A stretch of DNA of 64,000 nucleotides from Kiritimatiellia bacterium (GCA_045537795.1 JAZSQE010000065.1:101418-165417), one strand, 5' to 3'; counted from the first letter of the stretch, positions 26,045 to 35,787 are shown. The notes: generated by a model not told the origin, from the sequence alone. Numbers and translations: made by a program.

Positions 26045-28090
26045 ATGAAGTATTTCGTTCTCGCTTCGGTTGCGATTCTCCGTTCGGCGTTGGCTTGCGC
26101 CGCGAATTACGCCGATGTCGAAGAACTTCGCCCCGCTCGCGTCGAGCGCGCTTTTGCCGATGGGGGAAAGATCGTGTTCGACATTCTGACGGATTATCCG
26201 CGCGTTGCGCTCGCCAGATTCGCGATACGCGAAATTGTCCGCGGCAAGGAGCCTTTCGTCATACGGGTCTCGCGCCGGCCGTACTGGAAAAACGCGGAGG
26301 CGAACATGCGCGAGTACTGGGTCGAGACGGTGAAGAAGGGCGCGTGGTATGAGATCAGGCGCGATTTCGCCGCCGGCGACGAGGTGTCGTTCAGATTCGA
26401 TTTCGATCACGGGGGCTGCCCGTGGGCGGAGAGCGTTCCCGAAAACGAGAAGATCTGGAGCGTCGTCTACGGCGATTCGCTCTCGGAGGACGACGCGCGT
26501 AAGGCCTCTTTGGGCGAAAATCTTCCCGGCGATGCGAGCCGTTTCGCGCTCGATGCCGACGAGAGGATAGATCTTGCCCGTTTCAAACCCGATTTCGACG
26601 TCGGTTCCAAAGCCGTTGTGCGGCGCGAGATCGTCGCTCCGGCCGACGGCACGATGACGTTCGGCGTGGCGGTCGACTGGTTTTTCACCGCGTATTTCAA
26701 CGGCGAAAAAGTCGCGACGTCCTTGCCCGGGGGCAACGCGGGCTTTCCGTTCAGCGCGTACGACCACGTGTTTTCGGTCAAAGTCCGCAAGGGCGTGAAC
26801 CGTATGGCGTTTCATGTCTCGCCCGGTTGCGACGGCTGGACTTTTCTCTGCCGCGACTTTCCAGACCGCGCACCGTGGGACGTAGGGGAGCGCGAGCGCT
26901 CGAAAATGCTCGCGGCGATGTTTCCCGCCGAGGTGAAACTCGCCCACGGGCCGTGGGTGACGGCGCTCGGCTCGACGCGCGTCAGAATCGGAGCGGCCCT
27001 CTCCGCTCCCGGCAAACTCGGCGTTCGCTGCCGCATGGCCGGTTCGGAGCCGAAAACCGCGTGGGCCGTTTCATGCGCCCTCAAAGAGGATGTCCGCGGC
27101 GGTGTTTTCGAATTCGGCGGTCTTGTGGGCGCGACGCGCTGCGACTACGACATCCTCACGCTCGACGCGAAGGGTGCGAAGGAGAAGGTTCTCGCTTCCG
27201 GGTCGTTCACGACGCATCCCGTGGCAGCGGAGGATTTCACGTTTCACGTTGTGGGAGATACGCAGTTTGACGGGCCGAGGCGCGTAGCGCTTCTCAGGGA
27301 TGCCGCCGCGAACTGCGGCGTCGCGAAAGGACGTTTTCTCGTGTCGCTCGGCGATGTCGACAACACGTTCGACGATTTCGCCCACTCGTATCATGAGACC
27401 TTTACCGACGAGATAAAGAGACTGTGCGGCGATCTTCCGCTCGTTCTCGTGAGAGGCAACCACGAATATCACGGAGCCGAAGCGTGCGAATTCCCACGGA
27501 GATTCGGGCGGCCTTATTATTCGTTCACCTGCGGCGACGCGTTTTTCTTCGTGATCGACACGGGCGATCCGCGAGGCGGCGGGGAACTCGACGCTTATCT
27601 CGACGGACAAAGGGCATGGCTCGAGCGCGAGGTGCTCTCCGAGGCGTGCCGCAGGGCGAAATACCGCATCATGCTCGCCCACGCGACGCCGTTCGAATTC
27701 GAAAGCCGGGCGAACGCACGGAACGTGGCGAGAGTCGCCGCCGACGCGTTCTACGGGGAAAAGCCGAAATGCAGGCTTGACCTCTGGATATGCGGAGACG
27801 TCCACCAGGTCTACCGCTGGGATCCTCTCGCGAAAGTCCGCGCCGGCAGACCGCGCCCCGTCGGAGCTATGCCTATGACGAAGGCGGATGTCGCGAACGT
27901 GCGTTTCCCCGTGGTGGTGAACGACGGTCCCAACGCGGGGCACGCGAAGCAGACCGTGATGCGCGTCGAAGTTCTTCGCGGCGGCATACGTGTAACGACG
28001 ATGTCGCCCGACGGCAAGTGCATCGACAGGTTCACGGCGCGGAGCGGGGAGCCGCTCGATGTCCATTCGACGATTTACGGAAAGTATTAA
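26045..28090 (+). CDS. secreted calcineurin-like metallophosphoesterase with N-terminal beta-rich domains
   Basis: It has the signal peptide MKYFVLASVAILRSALACAA. Metallophosphoesterase motifs are FHVVGDTQ, SLGDVDN, VRGNHEY and LAHATP. The ORF-track start at 25811 overlaps thrH and is rejected. Confidence 0.7.
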   Translation: MKYFVLASVAILRSALACAANYADVEELRPARVERAFADGGKIVFDILTDYPRVALARFAIREIVRGKEPFVIRVSRRPYWKNAEANMREYWVETVKKGAWYEIRRDFAAGDEVSFRFDFDHGGCPWAESVPENEKIWSVVYGDSLSEDDARKASLGENLPGDASRFALDADERIDLARFKPDFDVGSKAVVRREIVAPADGTMTFGVAVDWFFTAYFNGEKVATSLPGGNAGFPFSAYDHVFSVKVRKGVNRMAFHVSPGCDGWTFLCRDFPDRAPWDVGERERSKMLAAMFPAEVKLAHGPWVTALGSTRVRIGAALSAPGKLGVRCRMAGSEPKTAWAVSCALKEDVRGGVFEFGGLVGATRCDYDILTLDAKGAKEKVLASGSFTTHPVAAEDFTFHVVGDTQFDGPRRVALLRDAAANCGVAKGRFLVSLGDVDNTFDDFAHSYHETFTDEIKRLCGDLPLVLVRGNHEYHGAEACEFPRRFGRPYYSFTCGDAFFFVIDTGDPRGGGELDAYLDGQRAWLEREVLSEACRRAKYRIMLAHATPFEFESRANARNVARVAADAFYGEKPKCRLDLWICGDVHQVYRWDPLAKVRAGRPRPVGAMPMTKADVANVRFPVVVNDGPNAGHAKQTVMRVEVLRGGIRVTTMSPDGKCIDRFTARSGEPLDVHSTIYGKY

Positions 28091-28112
28091 AACGCAATCC
28101 AAGGAGACAGAC

Positions 28113-28679
28113 ATGGAAGATCTGCAAAGCCTGCTGGAAAAGATCAACCGCGAAGGGGTCGAGAAGGCCGAAGCGAAGGCGGATGAAATTCTCGCGGAAG
28201 CGAAAGCGAAGGCCGACGCTCTTCTGAAAACGGCTCGCGAAGAGGCCGCCGGGCAGAGGGCCGCCGCGGAGGCGGACGCCGCCGACCATGTGCGCCGCGC
28301 CGAAGAAACGATCGCGCAGGCCGCGCGCGACACCGTGCTCGGCATCGAGAGCGCCGTCACGAAAAAGCTCGAAAAACTGCTCGCGGCCGATGTCGACAAG
28401 GCTCTTGCGGACGAGGCGGCCGTAACGGCTCTCGCGAAGGAGACGGTCGCGAAGTTTGCTTCGACGGGCGAGATCGCGGCGGGAGAAAAACTCGCGAAGA
28501 CGCTCGCCGCGCAACTTGCCGCCGAAGGTTCTTTCACCGTGGTTATCGACGAGAGCGTCGGCAGCGGGTTTTCGGTGAAACTCGACGGCGGCCGCGTCGA
28601 ACATTCGTTCACCGGAGAAGTCGTATCGCTCGAACTCGCCAAGCGTCTCAGACCTGAACTCGCGAAGCTCGTAAAATGA
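28113..28679 (+). CDS. atpE: V-type ATPase subunit E
   Basis: The RBS AAGGAGA lies upstream. It is 188 aa with a long Ala/Glu/Lys-rich N-terminal helix (EKAEAKADEILAEAKAKADALLKTAREEAAG), and sits two genes upstream of V-type subunit A. Confidence 0.6.
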   Translation: MEDLQSLLEKINREGVEKAEAKADEILAEAKAKADALLKTAREEAAGQRAAAEADAADHVRRAEETIAQAARDTVLGIESAVTKKLEKLLAADVDKALADEAAVTALAKETVAKFASTGEIAAGEKLAKTLAAQLAAEGSFTVVIDESVGSGFSVKLDGGRVEHSFTGEVVSLELAKRLRPELAKLVK

Positions 28680-29134
28680 CGCTCGACTATATCGTCTCAT
28701 CGCTTCCGGCGCTGGAATTCGGCATCGCCCCGGCGTTGACGCTCGAGCGGTTCGCGGAAATCGCGGGCGAAGAAGCTCTCCGGCCGCCCGAGCGGTGGAT
28801 CGATCTCGAAACGCAGCTCAAAAACGCCCTGGTCGAGGCGAGAGGGGGAGACGCGAAATACCGCCGGGACGCGCACGGATGTTCGCTTTACTGGAGAAAT
28901 CGCGTTCTGGCGTGTTTTCAGGAGAAGGACGTGATGAAACGCGAAGAGCTGCTCGACCGCACGTGGTGGGACGCCGCGGGCGAACTTACGGACATCGCTT
29001 CGCCTCTTGGGAGGGGAGCGCTTCAGACGTATGCCGTCAGGCTTTCGATCGCGCTCAAACGCGCCGCTGTTTCGAAGGAGAAGGGCGAGGCGGCTCTCGA
29101 AGCCGTGACGCGCGCGGCCGAAGTCAAAATTTGA
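28676..29134 (+). CDS. DUF2764-like V-ATPase-associated protein (short, 152 aa)
   Basis: The start MTLDYIVSSLPALEFG matches the YxxSSLPxL start of DUF2764 proteins found between subunits E and A in chlamydial and Bacteroidota V-ATPase operons. There is an ATGA overlap with atpE. Confidence 0.5.
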   Translation: MTLDYIVSSLPALEFGIAPALTLERFAEIAGEEALRPPERWIDLETQLKNALVEARGGDAKYRRDAHGCSLYWRNRVLACFQEKDVMKREELLDRTWWDAAGELTDIASPLGRGALQTYAVRLSIALKRAAVSKEKGEAALEAVTRAAEVKI

Positions 29135-29165
29135 GAAACAGAAAAATCCGCAAGGAAGACGAGAT

Positions 29166-30938
29166 ATGACAAGTACAGGTAAAATCGTCGGCGTGAACGG
29201 TAATATGATCACCGTCCGTTTCGAAGGCGCCGTCGCCCAGAACGAGGTCGGTTACGCGCGTTGCGGCGACAAGAGGCTTATGGCCGAAATCGTGCGTGTG
29301 CGCGGCGAGCGCTGCGATATGCAGGTCTTCGACGCGACGAGCGATCTCGCCATCGGCGACGAAGTGGAATTTTCGGGCGAACTGCTCGCCGCCGAACTCG
29401 GGCCGGGAATGCTCGCGCAGGTGTATGACGGGCTTCAGAACCCTCTCGCCGAACTCGCAGAAGAGGCGGCGAAGATTTCGGAAGACGCGTCGTTCTTTCT
29501 TCAGCGGGGAATGTACCTGCCGGGGTTGCCGCGTGACGTGAAGTGGGACTTTCACCCGACGGCCGAAGTCGGCGGCAGGGTTCAGGCGGGTGACGCTCTC
29601 GGATGGGTCACGGAGGGCATCTTCGACAACAAGACGATGCCGGGGCACAAAATAATGGCTCCCTTCGCCTTGCGCGGAACATGGACGGTCAAGTCGATCG
29701 CTCCCGAGGGCGATTATACCGTCACCGAAGATATTGCCGTTCTCGCGGACGAGCTCGGGCGCGAGATGAAGGTTCAGATGATGCAGCGCTGGCCCGTCAA
29801 GGTGCCCGTCAAGTGTTTCGCCGAGCGCCTTGCGCCGACGGAGACGCTTGCGACGAGCGTGCGTACGATCGATACGTTCTTCCCCGTCGCCGTCGGCGGC
29901 ACGTACTGCATTCCCGGGCCTTTCGGCGCCGGCAAGACCGTTCTCCAGCAGACGACGGCGCGCTACGCGAAGGTCGACATCGTCATTTCCGCAGCGTGCG
30001 GAGAACGGGCGGGCGAGGTCGTGGAGACGCTGAAGGAGTTCCCCGAAATCACCGACCCTAAGACGGGTCAGTCGCTCATGAAGCGCACGATCATCATCTG
30101 CAACACCTCGTCGATGCCTGTCGCTTCGCGCGAGGCTTCGGTCTATACGGCGGTTACGCTGGCGGAATACTTCCGTCAGATGGGGCTGAACGTTCTCGTT
30201 CTCGCCGATTCGACCTCGCGTTGGGCGCAGGCGATGCGCGAACTTTCGGGGCGTCTCGAGGAAATTCCCGGAGACGAAGCGTTTCCCGCCTATCTCGAAT
30301 CGCGCATCGCGGCGTTCTACGAGCGTGCGGGCCGCGTGAGGATGAGAGACGGCTCCATCGGCTCCGTCACGATCGGCGGGACCGTATCGCCCGCCGGAGG
30401 CAACTTCGACGAACCGGTGACGCAGGCGACGCTCAAGGTCGTCGGCGGCTTTCACGGACTTTCGCGCGCGCGCTCCGACGCGAGGCGTTATCCCGCGATC
30501 GATCCGCTCGACAGCTGGAGCCACTACAACTCCGTCATCGAGCAGCACCGCGTCGAAGCGGCCCGCGCCGTTCTCAGAAAGGGCAGCGAGATCGGACAGA
30601 TGATGAAGGTCGTCGGAGAAGAAGGCACGTCGCTTTCGGATTTCACGACGTATCTCAAAGCGGAGTTTCTCGACGCCGTATATCTTCAGCAGAACGCGTT
30701 CTCCGAGGCTGACGCTTCGACGAGCGTCGAGCGCCAGAAGATCATGTTTGACGTCGTCGAGAAAGTTTTGACAGGAAACTTCGAATTTCCCGAGAAGGAC
30801 GCGACGAGAAAGTTCTTTCTCGACCTTCAGCAGGCGTTCATCGACTGGAACGACAAGCCGATGGATTCGGAGGAGTTCGTCTCGGCGAAAGAGTATCTTG
30901 AAAAGAAAATAGCGGACGCGACGGACGGCGTTCTCTGA
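29166..30938 (+). CDS. atpA: V-type ATP synthase catalytic subunit A
   Basis: It is 590 aa. It has the Walker A motif [21 protein letters not shown]-like [11 protein letters not shown], and the non-homologous insert typical of A subunits. Confidence 0.9.
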   Translation: MTSTGKIVGVNGNMITVRFEGAVAQNEVGYARCGDKRLMAEIVRVRGERCDMQVFDATSDLAIGDEVEFSGELLAAELGPGMLAQVYDGLQNPLAELAEEAAKISEDASFFLQRGMYLPGLPRDVKWDFHPTAEVGGRVQAGDALGWVTEGIFDNKTMPGHKIMAPFALRGTWTVKSIAPEGDYTVTEDIAVLADELGREMKVQMMQRWPVKVPVKCFAERLAPTETLATSVRTIDTFFPVAVGGTYCIPGPFGAGKTVLQQTTARYAKVDIVISAACGERAGEVVETLKEFPEITDPKTGQSLMKRTIIICNTSSMPVASREASVYTAVTLAEYFRQMGLNVLVLADSTSRWAQAMRELSGRLEEIPGDEAFPAYLESRIAAFYERAGRVRMRDGSIGSVTIGGTVSPAGGNFDEPVTQATLKVVGGFHGLSRARSDARRYPAIDPLDSWSHYNSVIEQHRVEAARAVLRKGSEIGQMMKVVGEEGTSLSDFTTYLKAEFLDAVYLQQNAFSEADASTSVERQKIMFDVVEKVLTGNFEFPEKDATRKFFLDLQQAFIDWNDKPMDSEEFVSAKEYLEKKIADATDGVL

Positions 30939-30984
30939 CGCGCGGCGCCGCTTGAAAACAAAACCGTCCGGAAGGAAGAATGAA

Positions 30985-32601
30985 ATGGACAATGAAATGA
31001 AATGGGCCGCGCTTGACGAGGCGATGACGGTCTCGAGCCGCAAAACGATCAAGGAGCTTTTCGCCGAAGATCCTTCGCGCGCGGAGAAATTCACGGTAGA
31101 GGCGGCGGGCTGGATGCTCGACTACTCCAAAAACCGCGTTGACAAGGCGGTCATGAAATCGCTCCTCAAGATGGCGGAGGCGTCCGATCTCAAGGCTGAG
31201 ATCGAAAAGATGTTCACGGGCTGCAAGATCAACGCCACCGAGGGCAGGGCGGTTCTTCATACCGCGCTTCGCAACTGCGGCAAGGACGCCAAGGTTATGG
31301 TCGACGGCAAGGATGTCATGGGTGACGTGCGCGCCGTTCTCGCCGCGATGGGCGATTTCTCCGACTCGGTGCGCAAAGGCGTCTGGAAGGGCTGGACCGG
31401 CAAGAAGATAAAGTATGTCGTCAACATCGGAATCGGAGGCAGCGATCTCGGCCCCGTGATGGCCAATATCGCGCTCACGCCGTACGCGAAGCGCAATCTC
31501 AAATTCCATTTCGTGTCAAATGTCGACTCTACGCATCTTGCGGAGACCCTGCGCGAAGTGAAGGCCGCCGAGACGCTGTTTATCGTCGCCTCGAAGACGT
31601 TCACGACGCAGGAGACGATGTCGAACGCGGAGGCCGCGCGCGCGTGGCTCGTCGAAAAGCTCGGCTCGAAGGACGCGGTTGCGAAGCATTTCGTCGCCGT
31701 TTCGACGGCGGCGGACGAGGTCGCCGCGTTCGGCATCGACGTCAAGAACATGTTCGGTTTCTGGGATTGGGTCGGCGGCAGATATTCGCTTCCCTCGGCG
31801 ATCGGGCTTTCGCTCATGATCGCCGTCGGCCGCAGGAATTTCGCAAAAATGCTCAAGGGCTACTGGAAGATGGACAACCACTTCCGCACGGCGAAGTTCG
31901 AGAAGAATATGCCCGTCATCCTCGCGCTTCTGGGGATTCTCTACTCGAACGGCTACGGCGCGGAGAGCTACTGCGTCCTTCCTTACGACCAGTATCTTTC
32001 GCGTTTCCCCGCGTATCTCCAGCAGATGGACATGGAGTCGAACGGCAAGAGCGTCGATCGCGACGGCAACGAGGTCGAATACGCGACCGGGCCCATCGAA
32101 TGGGGCGAACCGGGGACTAACGGCCAGCATGCGTTCTATCAGCTTATCCATCAGGGGACGCGTCTCATTCCGTGCGATTTCATCGGTTGTTCGAATACGC
32201 ACAATCCCATCGGCGATCTCCACGACAAACTGATGGCCAATTTCTTCGCGCAGACCGAAGCGCTCGCGTTCGGCAAAACGGCGGACGAATGCCGCGCCGA
32301 AGGAGTTCCCGAAGAGCTCGTTGCGTTCAAGACGTTCGAGGGCAACCGTCCGACGAACACGCTGCTTGCCGACAAACTCACTCCTGAGACGTTCGGCGCT
32401 CTCGTCGCTCTCTATGAGCACAAGGTTTTTGTGCAGGGCGTCATCTGGAACATTTACAGTTTCGACCAGTGGGGCGTGCAGCTCGGCAAGGTTCTTGCCA
32501 AGGGCGTTCTCTCCGATCTCACGGCGGAAAAGCCGTCGATGAAGCACGACAGTTCCACCAATCAGCTCATCGCTCGTTACCGCAAGGCTGTTGGTCGATA
32601 A
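30985..32601 (+). CDS. pgi: glucose-6-phosphate isomerase
   Basis: Motifs are [35 protein letters not shown] and [15 protein letters not shown]. The start is at the ATG preceded by GGAAGGAAG; the TTG at 30952 is rejected. Confidence 0.9.
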   Translation: MDNEMKWAALDEAMTVSSRKTIKELFAEDPSRAEKFTVEAAGWMLDYSKNRVDKAVMKSLLKMAEASDLKAEIEKMFTGCKINATEGRAVLHTALRNCGKDAKVMVDGKDVMGDVRAVLAAMGDFSDSVRKGVWKGWTGKKIKYVVNIGIGGSDLGPVMANIALTPYAKRNLKFHFVSNVDSTHLAETLREVKAAETLFIVASKTFTTQETMSNAEAARAWLVEKLGSKDAVAKHFVAVSTAADEVAAFGIDVKNMFGFWDWVGGRYSLPSAIGLSLMIAVGRRNFAKMLKGYWKMDNHFRTAKFEKNMPVILALLGILYSNGYGAESYCVLPYDQYLSRFPAYLQQMDMESNGKSVDRDGNEVEYATGPIEWGEPGTNGQHAFYQLIHQGTRLIPCDFIGCSNTHNPIGDLHDKLMANFFAQTEALAFGKTADECRAEGVPEELVAFKTFEGNRPTNTLLADKLTPETFGALVALYEHKVFVQGVIWNIYSFDQWGVQLGKVLAKGVLSDLTAEKPSMKHDSSTNQLIARYRKAVGR

Positions 32602-32938
32602 AGAGAGTTTCGTCTGCCGCCGGTGCGGCGAATGTTGCCGCATCAAGGACGGTATAGTGCGCGTTTCCGACGCGGAAATAGCGCGGATAGCCGCCGCGCT
32701 CTCGATGAGCGAGGCGGCTTTCATCGAATCGGAGACGGAGGTCGCGCCCGACAGAAAGACGCTCATGCTCAAAAGCCGCCCGGACGGCTCGTGCGTCTAT
32801 CTTGACGGCGCCAACCGCTGTCAAATTCACGAGGTGAAACCCGACAAGTGCCGCACCTTTCCTTTCGAATGGACAAACAGCGACTCCGCATCCGTCTGCC
32901 CCGCGCTGAGCGCCAGCCTGAAGGGTCGGAGCTTATAG
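32591..32938 (+). CDS. YkgJ-family cysteine-cluster (CxxCxxCC) protein
   Basis: It has CRRCGECC followed by GSCVYL...[18 protein letters not shown], the typical UPF0153/YkgJ pattern. The TTG start overlaps the pgi stop. Confidence 0.6.
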   Translation: MVDKESFVCRRCGECCRIKDGIVRVSDAEIARIAAALSMSEAAFIESETEVAPDRKTLMLKSRPDGSCVYLDGANRCQIHEVKPDKCRTFPFEWTNSDSASVCPALSASLKGRSL

Positions 32939-33060
32939 AGATAGAATCTTGCGCATAAATTTCTCGGCGCACCCTGTTTGACTGCGCGAGGCGGGATGTG
33001 GTAGACTGTACGCCGTTATGAGGAAGAAAAGGATCGCTCTGTCCGCGAAGTTCTGCTGTT

Positions 33061-34071
33061 ATGCCACTTACTCTGCTTCAACGCGCATCTGAAGGTCTTA
33101 CAAAATGGACACCGGCATTTGTTGCCGCCGTGGCCGTTTTCACGTACTTTTCCCCCGACGCCTTCGCCTGGGTTAAAGGTCAGGCGCAAACCTCGATTCT
33201 CGGCTTCATCATGCTGACGATGGGGCTCACTCTTTCGAAAGAGGACTTTCGCATTCTTATCTCTCGCCCGATCGACATGTTGATCGGCGTAACGGCGCAA
33301 TATCTGCTGATGCCGCTCATCGCCTGGACGATCGTCAAAACTTTCTCCCTGCCCCATTCTGTCGCCGCAGGGATTTTACTCGTCGGCTGCTGCCCGGGCG
33401 GCGTATCGTCCAATATCATGAGCTTTATCTGCAAAGGCGATGTCGCGTTTTCCGTTGGAATGACAACCGTGACAACACTTCTCGCCCCGCTGACGACACC
33501 GCTTCTAATGCTTCATCTAGCCGGCGAAAGCGTGGATGTGGACGCGACAGGAATGTTTAAATCGATATTAATCGTAACCATATTGCCTGTGGCTCTCGGG
33601 TTCGGATTGAATACGGCATTCGGCAGGAAGAACCGCTTTGCGGAAGTTAAGAAAACATTGCCCGCCGCAGCAGTCATTGGCCTCGCCTGCATCGTAGGCG
33701 GAGTCGTTTCAGCTCATGGTCAAAAGATCGTCGCGTCAGGTGGTGTCATTTTCGCCGCGGTTCTGCTACATAACGCGCTCGGTTACATTGCCGGATATGC
33801 AACAGGCGTTTTTGCGAAATTTTCAAAGGCCAAATGCCGCACGGTTTCCATCGAAATCGGCATGCAGAATGCAGGGCTTGCGACAGTCTTGTCGGCGAAA
33901 CACTTCCCTGCGATGCCGGAAGCAGCAATCGTTTCAGCCGTCTCATGCGTATGGCACTCGATCTCCGGCGCGCTCCTCGCAGGCATCTTCAATCTTCTCG
34001 ACAATGTCGTGCGAGGAGACGGCGGCGAATGGTTCAGGGGGAGGCGGAGAAGGCCTCGGCTCAGTCCGTGA
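33061..34071 (+). CDS. bile acid:sodium symporter (BASS/SBF) family transporter
   Basis: It has multiple TM segments and the motifs LTMGLTLSKEDF and GCCPGGVSSNIM, typical of the SBF family. The last 11 nt overlap the convergent DeoR gene. Confidence 0.8.
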   Translation: MPLTLLQRASEGLTKWTPAFVAAVAVFTYFSPDAFAWVKGQAQTSILGFIMLTMGLTLSKEDFRILISRPIDMLIGVTAQYLLMPLIAWTIVKTFSLPHSVAAGILLVGCCPGGVSSNIMSFICKGDVAFSVGMTTVTTLLAPLTTPLLMLHLAGESVDVDATGMFKSILIVTILPVALGFGLNTAFGRKNRFAEVKKTLPAAAVIGLACIVGGVVSAHGQKIVASGGVIFAAVLLHNALGYIAGYATGVFAKFSKAKCRTVSIEIGMQNAGLATVLSAKHFPAMPEAAIVSAVSCVWHSISGALLAGIFNLLDNVVRGDGGEWFRGRRRRPRLSP

Positions 34072-34771
34072 TGATTTTGTCGAAGCAGCCGCGCGCGGCG
34101 ATGCGGTAGAGACCTTTGCGCCCGATTTTGGTGTGATCCACGACGAGATAGCGCTTGTCGGCCGCGTCGAGAACCTTGCGAAGCATTTCGGCCTGACGCT
34201 CATGATTTGTCGTGACGTTCTTCTCGTCGACGCCGAAGCATGAGATGAACGCCGTGGTGAGGTTGAAGTGCGAGAGCTGCTCGATGGCCGACATCCCGAG
34301 AATCGAATTCAGCTGCAGATCGTAATTCCCTCCGAGGCCTATCAGCACCCAGTGCGCCGGCATCTTGCGGAACAGGTTTATGATCGCTATCGAATTTGTG
34401 ATGATCGTCAGGTGATCCAGCCTCATGTGCATCAGCTGAAGGGCCATCTCGTACATCGTCGTGGAGGAGTCGAGAAATATGATGTCGCTTTCTCCCACCA
34501 GAGTCAGGGCTTTCGCCGTCGCGCATGCTTTTTGCGAGCGAAGTCGCGTAACGCGGTTCAGGTAGTTCGCCGAATCCGATCTCGTTTCGGGCGCTTCATT
34601 GTAGACTATTCCGCCGCGGACGCGCTCGACGGCGTCTCTGCTGGCGAGAACGGCGATATCGCGGTGGGCGGTGGCGGAACTGATTTTGAATTTCGACATC
34701 AGTTCTTTAACCGTGCAGGTCTTTTTCTGCTTCAGAAAAGAAAGCATTCTGTGTATGCGCAGCGTGTCCAT
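34061..34771 (-). CDS. DeoR/GlpR family transcriptional regulator
   Basis: The N-terminal HTH reads RIHRMLSFLKQKKTCTVKELMSKFKISSATAHRDIAVL. A C-terminal DeoR sugar-binding domain follows. It is divergent from the sugar-kinase operon. Confidence 0.85.
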   Translation of the reverse strand: MDTLRIHRMLSFLKQKKTCTVKELMSKFKISSATAHRDIAVLASRDAVERVRGGIVYNEAPETRSDSANYLNRVTRLRSQKACATAKALTLVGESDIIFLDSSTTMYEMALQLMHMRLDHLTIITNSIAIINLFRKMPAHWVLIGLGGNYDLQLNSILGMSAIEQLSHFNLTTAFISCFGVDEKNVTTNHERQAEMLRKVLDAADKRYLVVDHTKIGRKGLYRIAARGCFDKIITD

Positions 34772-34800
34772 GGAAAGATTGTATCAAATACGAGGGATTT

Positions 34801-34847
34801 TCTCAAATCGTCTCATGGCTTATCATGGAATGTTGCGCAAGTCTCAT
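34801..34847 (+). promoter_or_regulatory. phased TCTCAT-type direct repeats (candidate DeoR-family operator)
   Basis: Copies are TCTCAA at 34801, TCTCAT at 34811, TATCAT at 34821 and TCTCAT at 34842, with start-to-start spacings of 10, 10 and 21 nt. The last copy sits 11 nt upstream of TATAAT. Confidence 0.4.
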
Positions 34848-34855
34848 TTTGTATT

Positions 34856-34864
34856 TGTTATAAT
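34856..34864 (+). promoter_or_regulatory. TGTTATAAT extended -10 box, 7 nt upstream of ATG 34872 (leaderless candidate)
   Basis: The sequence is tgtTATAATcgtcacgATG, with no Shine-Dalgarno sequence. Confidence 0.45.
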
Positions 34865-34871
34865 CGTCACG

Positions 34872-35786
34872 ATGATAAACGCAGATTACATAGGTTTGGG
34901 GTTTTGCTCCAACGATCACATCGCGCTCTTGCCGTTCATCCCGATGGATACGAAGGTCAAGATGGTTTCCCGCGCAATCACGGGAGGAGGGCCGGCGGCC
35001 AACTCTACGGCGGCCGCGGCGGCGCTTGGAATGTCGGCGGCTTTCGTCGGCACGGTCGGTGACGATGCCGACGGACGTATGATACTCGACGATTTCGCCC
35101 GGCAGGGCGTCGACACGTCTATGGTCAGGATTCGCAAAGGCGCTACGAGCGCGATCGCCTATCTCTGGATCGACGAGCCTACCGGCAACCGCTCGTGCGC
35201 TTGGACGCGGGAGGGGCTCGACGAGTTGACCGCAGAGGAGATCGATTCTCCGGCGATCGCCGCCGCGAAAGTGCTCCATCTCGACGGACACAACGCCGCC
35301 GGCGCGATCGCCGCCGCGAAGGTTGCTCGCGAATCGGGCGTCACGGTCATGTACGACGCCGGAACACACCGCGACGGAATGTATGAACTGCTGGAACTCG
35401 CGGATCTGCTCATCTGTTCTGAGGAGTTTATCCTGAAGCTCACAGGCCTTTCCGACGCGGAGGAGGCCGTGCGTCAGGTCTGGGCGAAGTACCGTCCGAA
35501 GGTATGCGGCGCGACGATGGGCGCGCGCGGGTCGATGTGTTTCGACGGAAAGGACTTCGTGAAGTGTCCGGCGTTCCGCGTGGAGAAGGTCGTGGACACG
35601 ACCGGATGCGGAGACCTTTTCCATACGGGTTTCGCCGTGCGCTGGCTCGAGACGCGCGATATTCTTGAATGTCAGCGCTTCGGTGCGGCCGTATCGGCCA
35701 TCAAGTGCCGCGGGTTGTCGGGCCGTCCGCCGAGTGCGCCGACCCGGGCGGAAGTCGAGGGATTTTTAAGCGAAAGGAGTAACTGA
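34872..35786 (+). CDS. PfkB/ribokinase-family sugar(-phosphate) kinase
   Basis: It has GGGPAANS, the VGDD...G motif and the C-terminal VVDTTGCGDLFHTGF (PfkB signature 2). The start is at MINADYIGLG; the upstream part of ORF 34671 overlaps the DeoR gene and is rejected. Confidence 0.8.
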   Translation: MINADYIGLGFCSNDHIALLPFIPMDTKVKMVSRAITGGGPAANSTAAAAALGMSAAFVGTVGDDADGRMILDDFARQGVDTSMVRIRKGATSAIAYLWIDEPTGNRSCAWTREGLDELTAEEIDSPAIAAAKVLHLDGHNAAGAIAAAKVARESGVTVMYDAGTHRDGMYELLELADLLICSEEFILKLTGLSDAEEAVRQVWAKYRPKVCGATMGARGSMCFDGKDFVKCPAFRVEKVVDTTGCGDLFHTGFAVRWLETRDILECQRFGAAVSAIKCRGLSGRPPSAPTRAEVEGFLSERSN

Positions 35787-35787
35787 A

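Noticed and set aside
27071-28642. 523 aa Ser/Ala-rich minus-strand ORF. A similar 304 aa Ala/Phe/Ser-rich ORF occurs at 19106-20020.
   Set aside because: Both are reverse-complement shadows of Ala/Glu/Lys-rich coding sequence: V-ATPase subunit E and the phosphoesterase for the first, the Lys/Ala tail of the DksA-like protein for the second. They are low-complexity, with no start context.
30939-30984. Looked for a hidden or frameshifted V-ATPase subunit B after atpA.
   Set aside because: Only 46 nt separate atpA from a complete, well-conserved pgi. No frame downstream contains B-subunit-like sequence.
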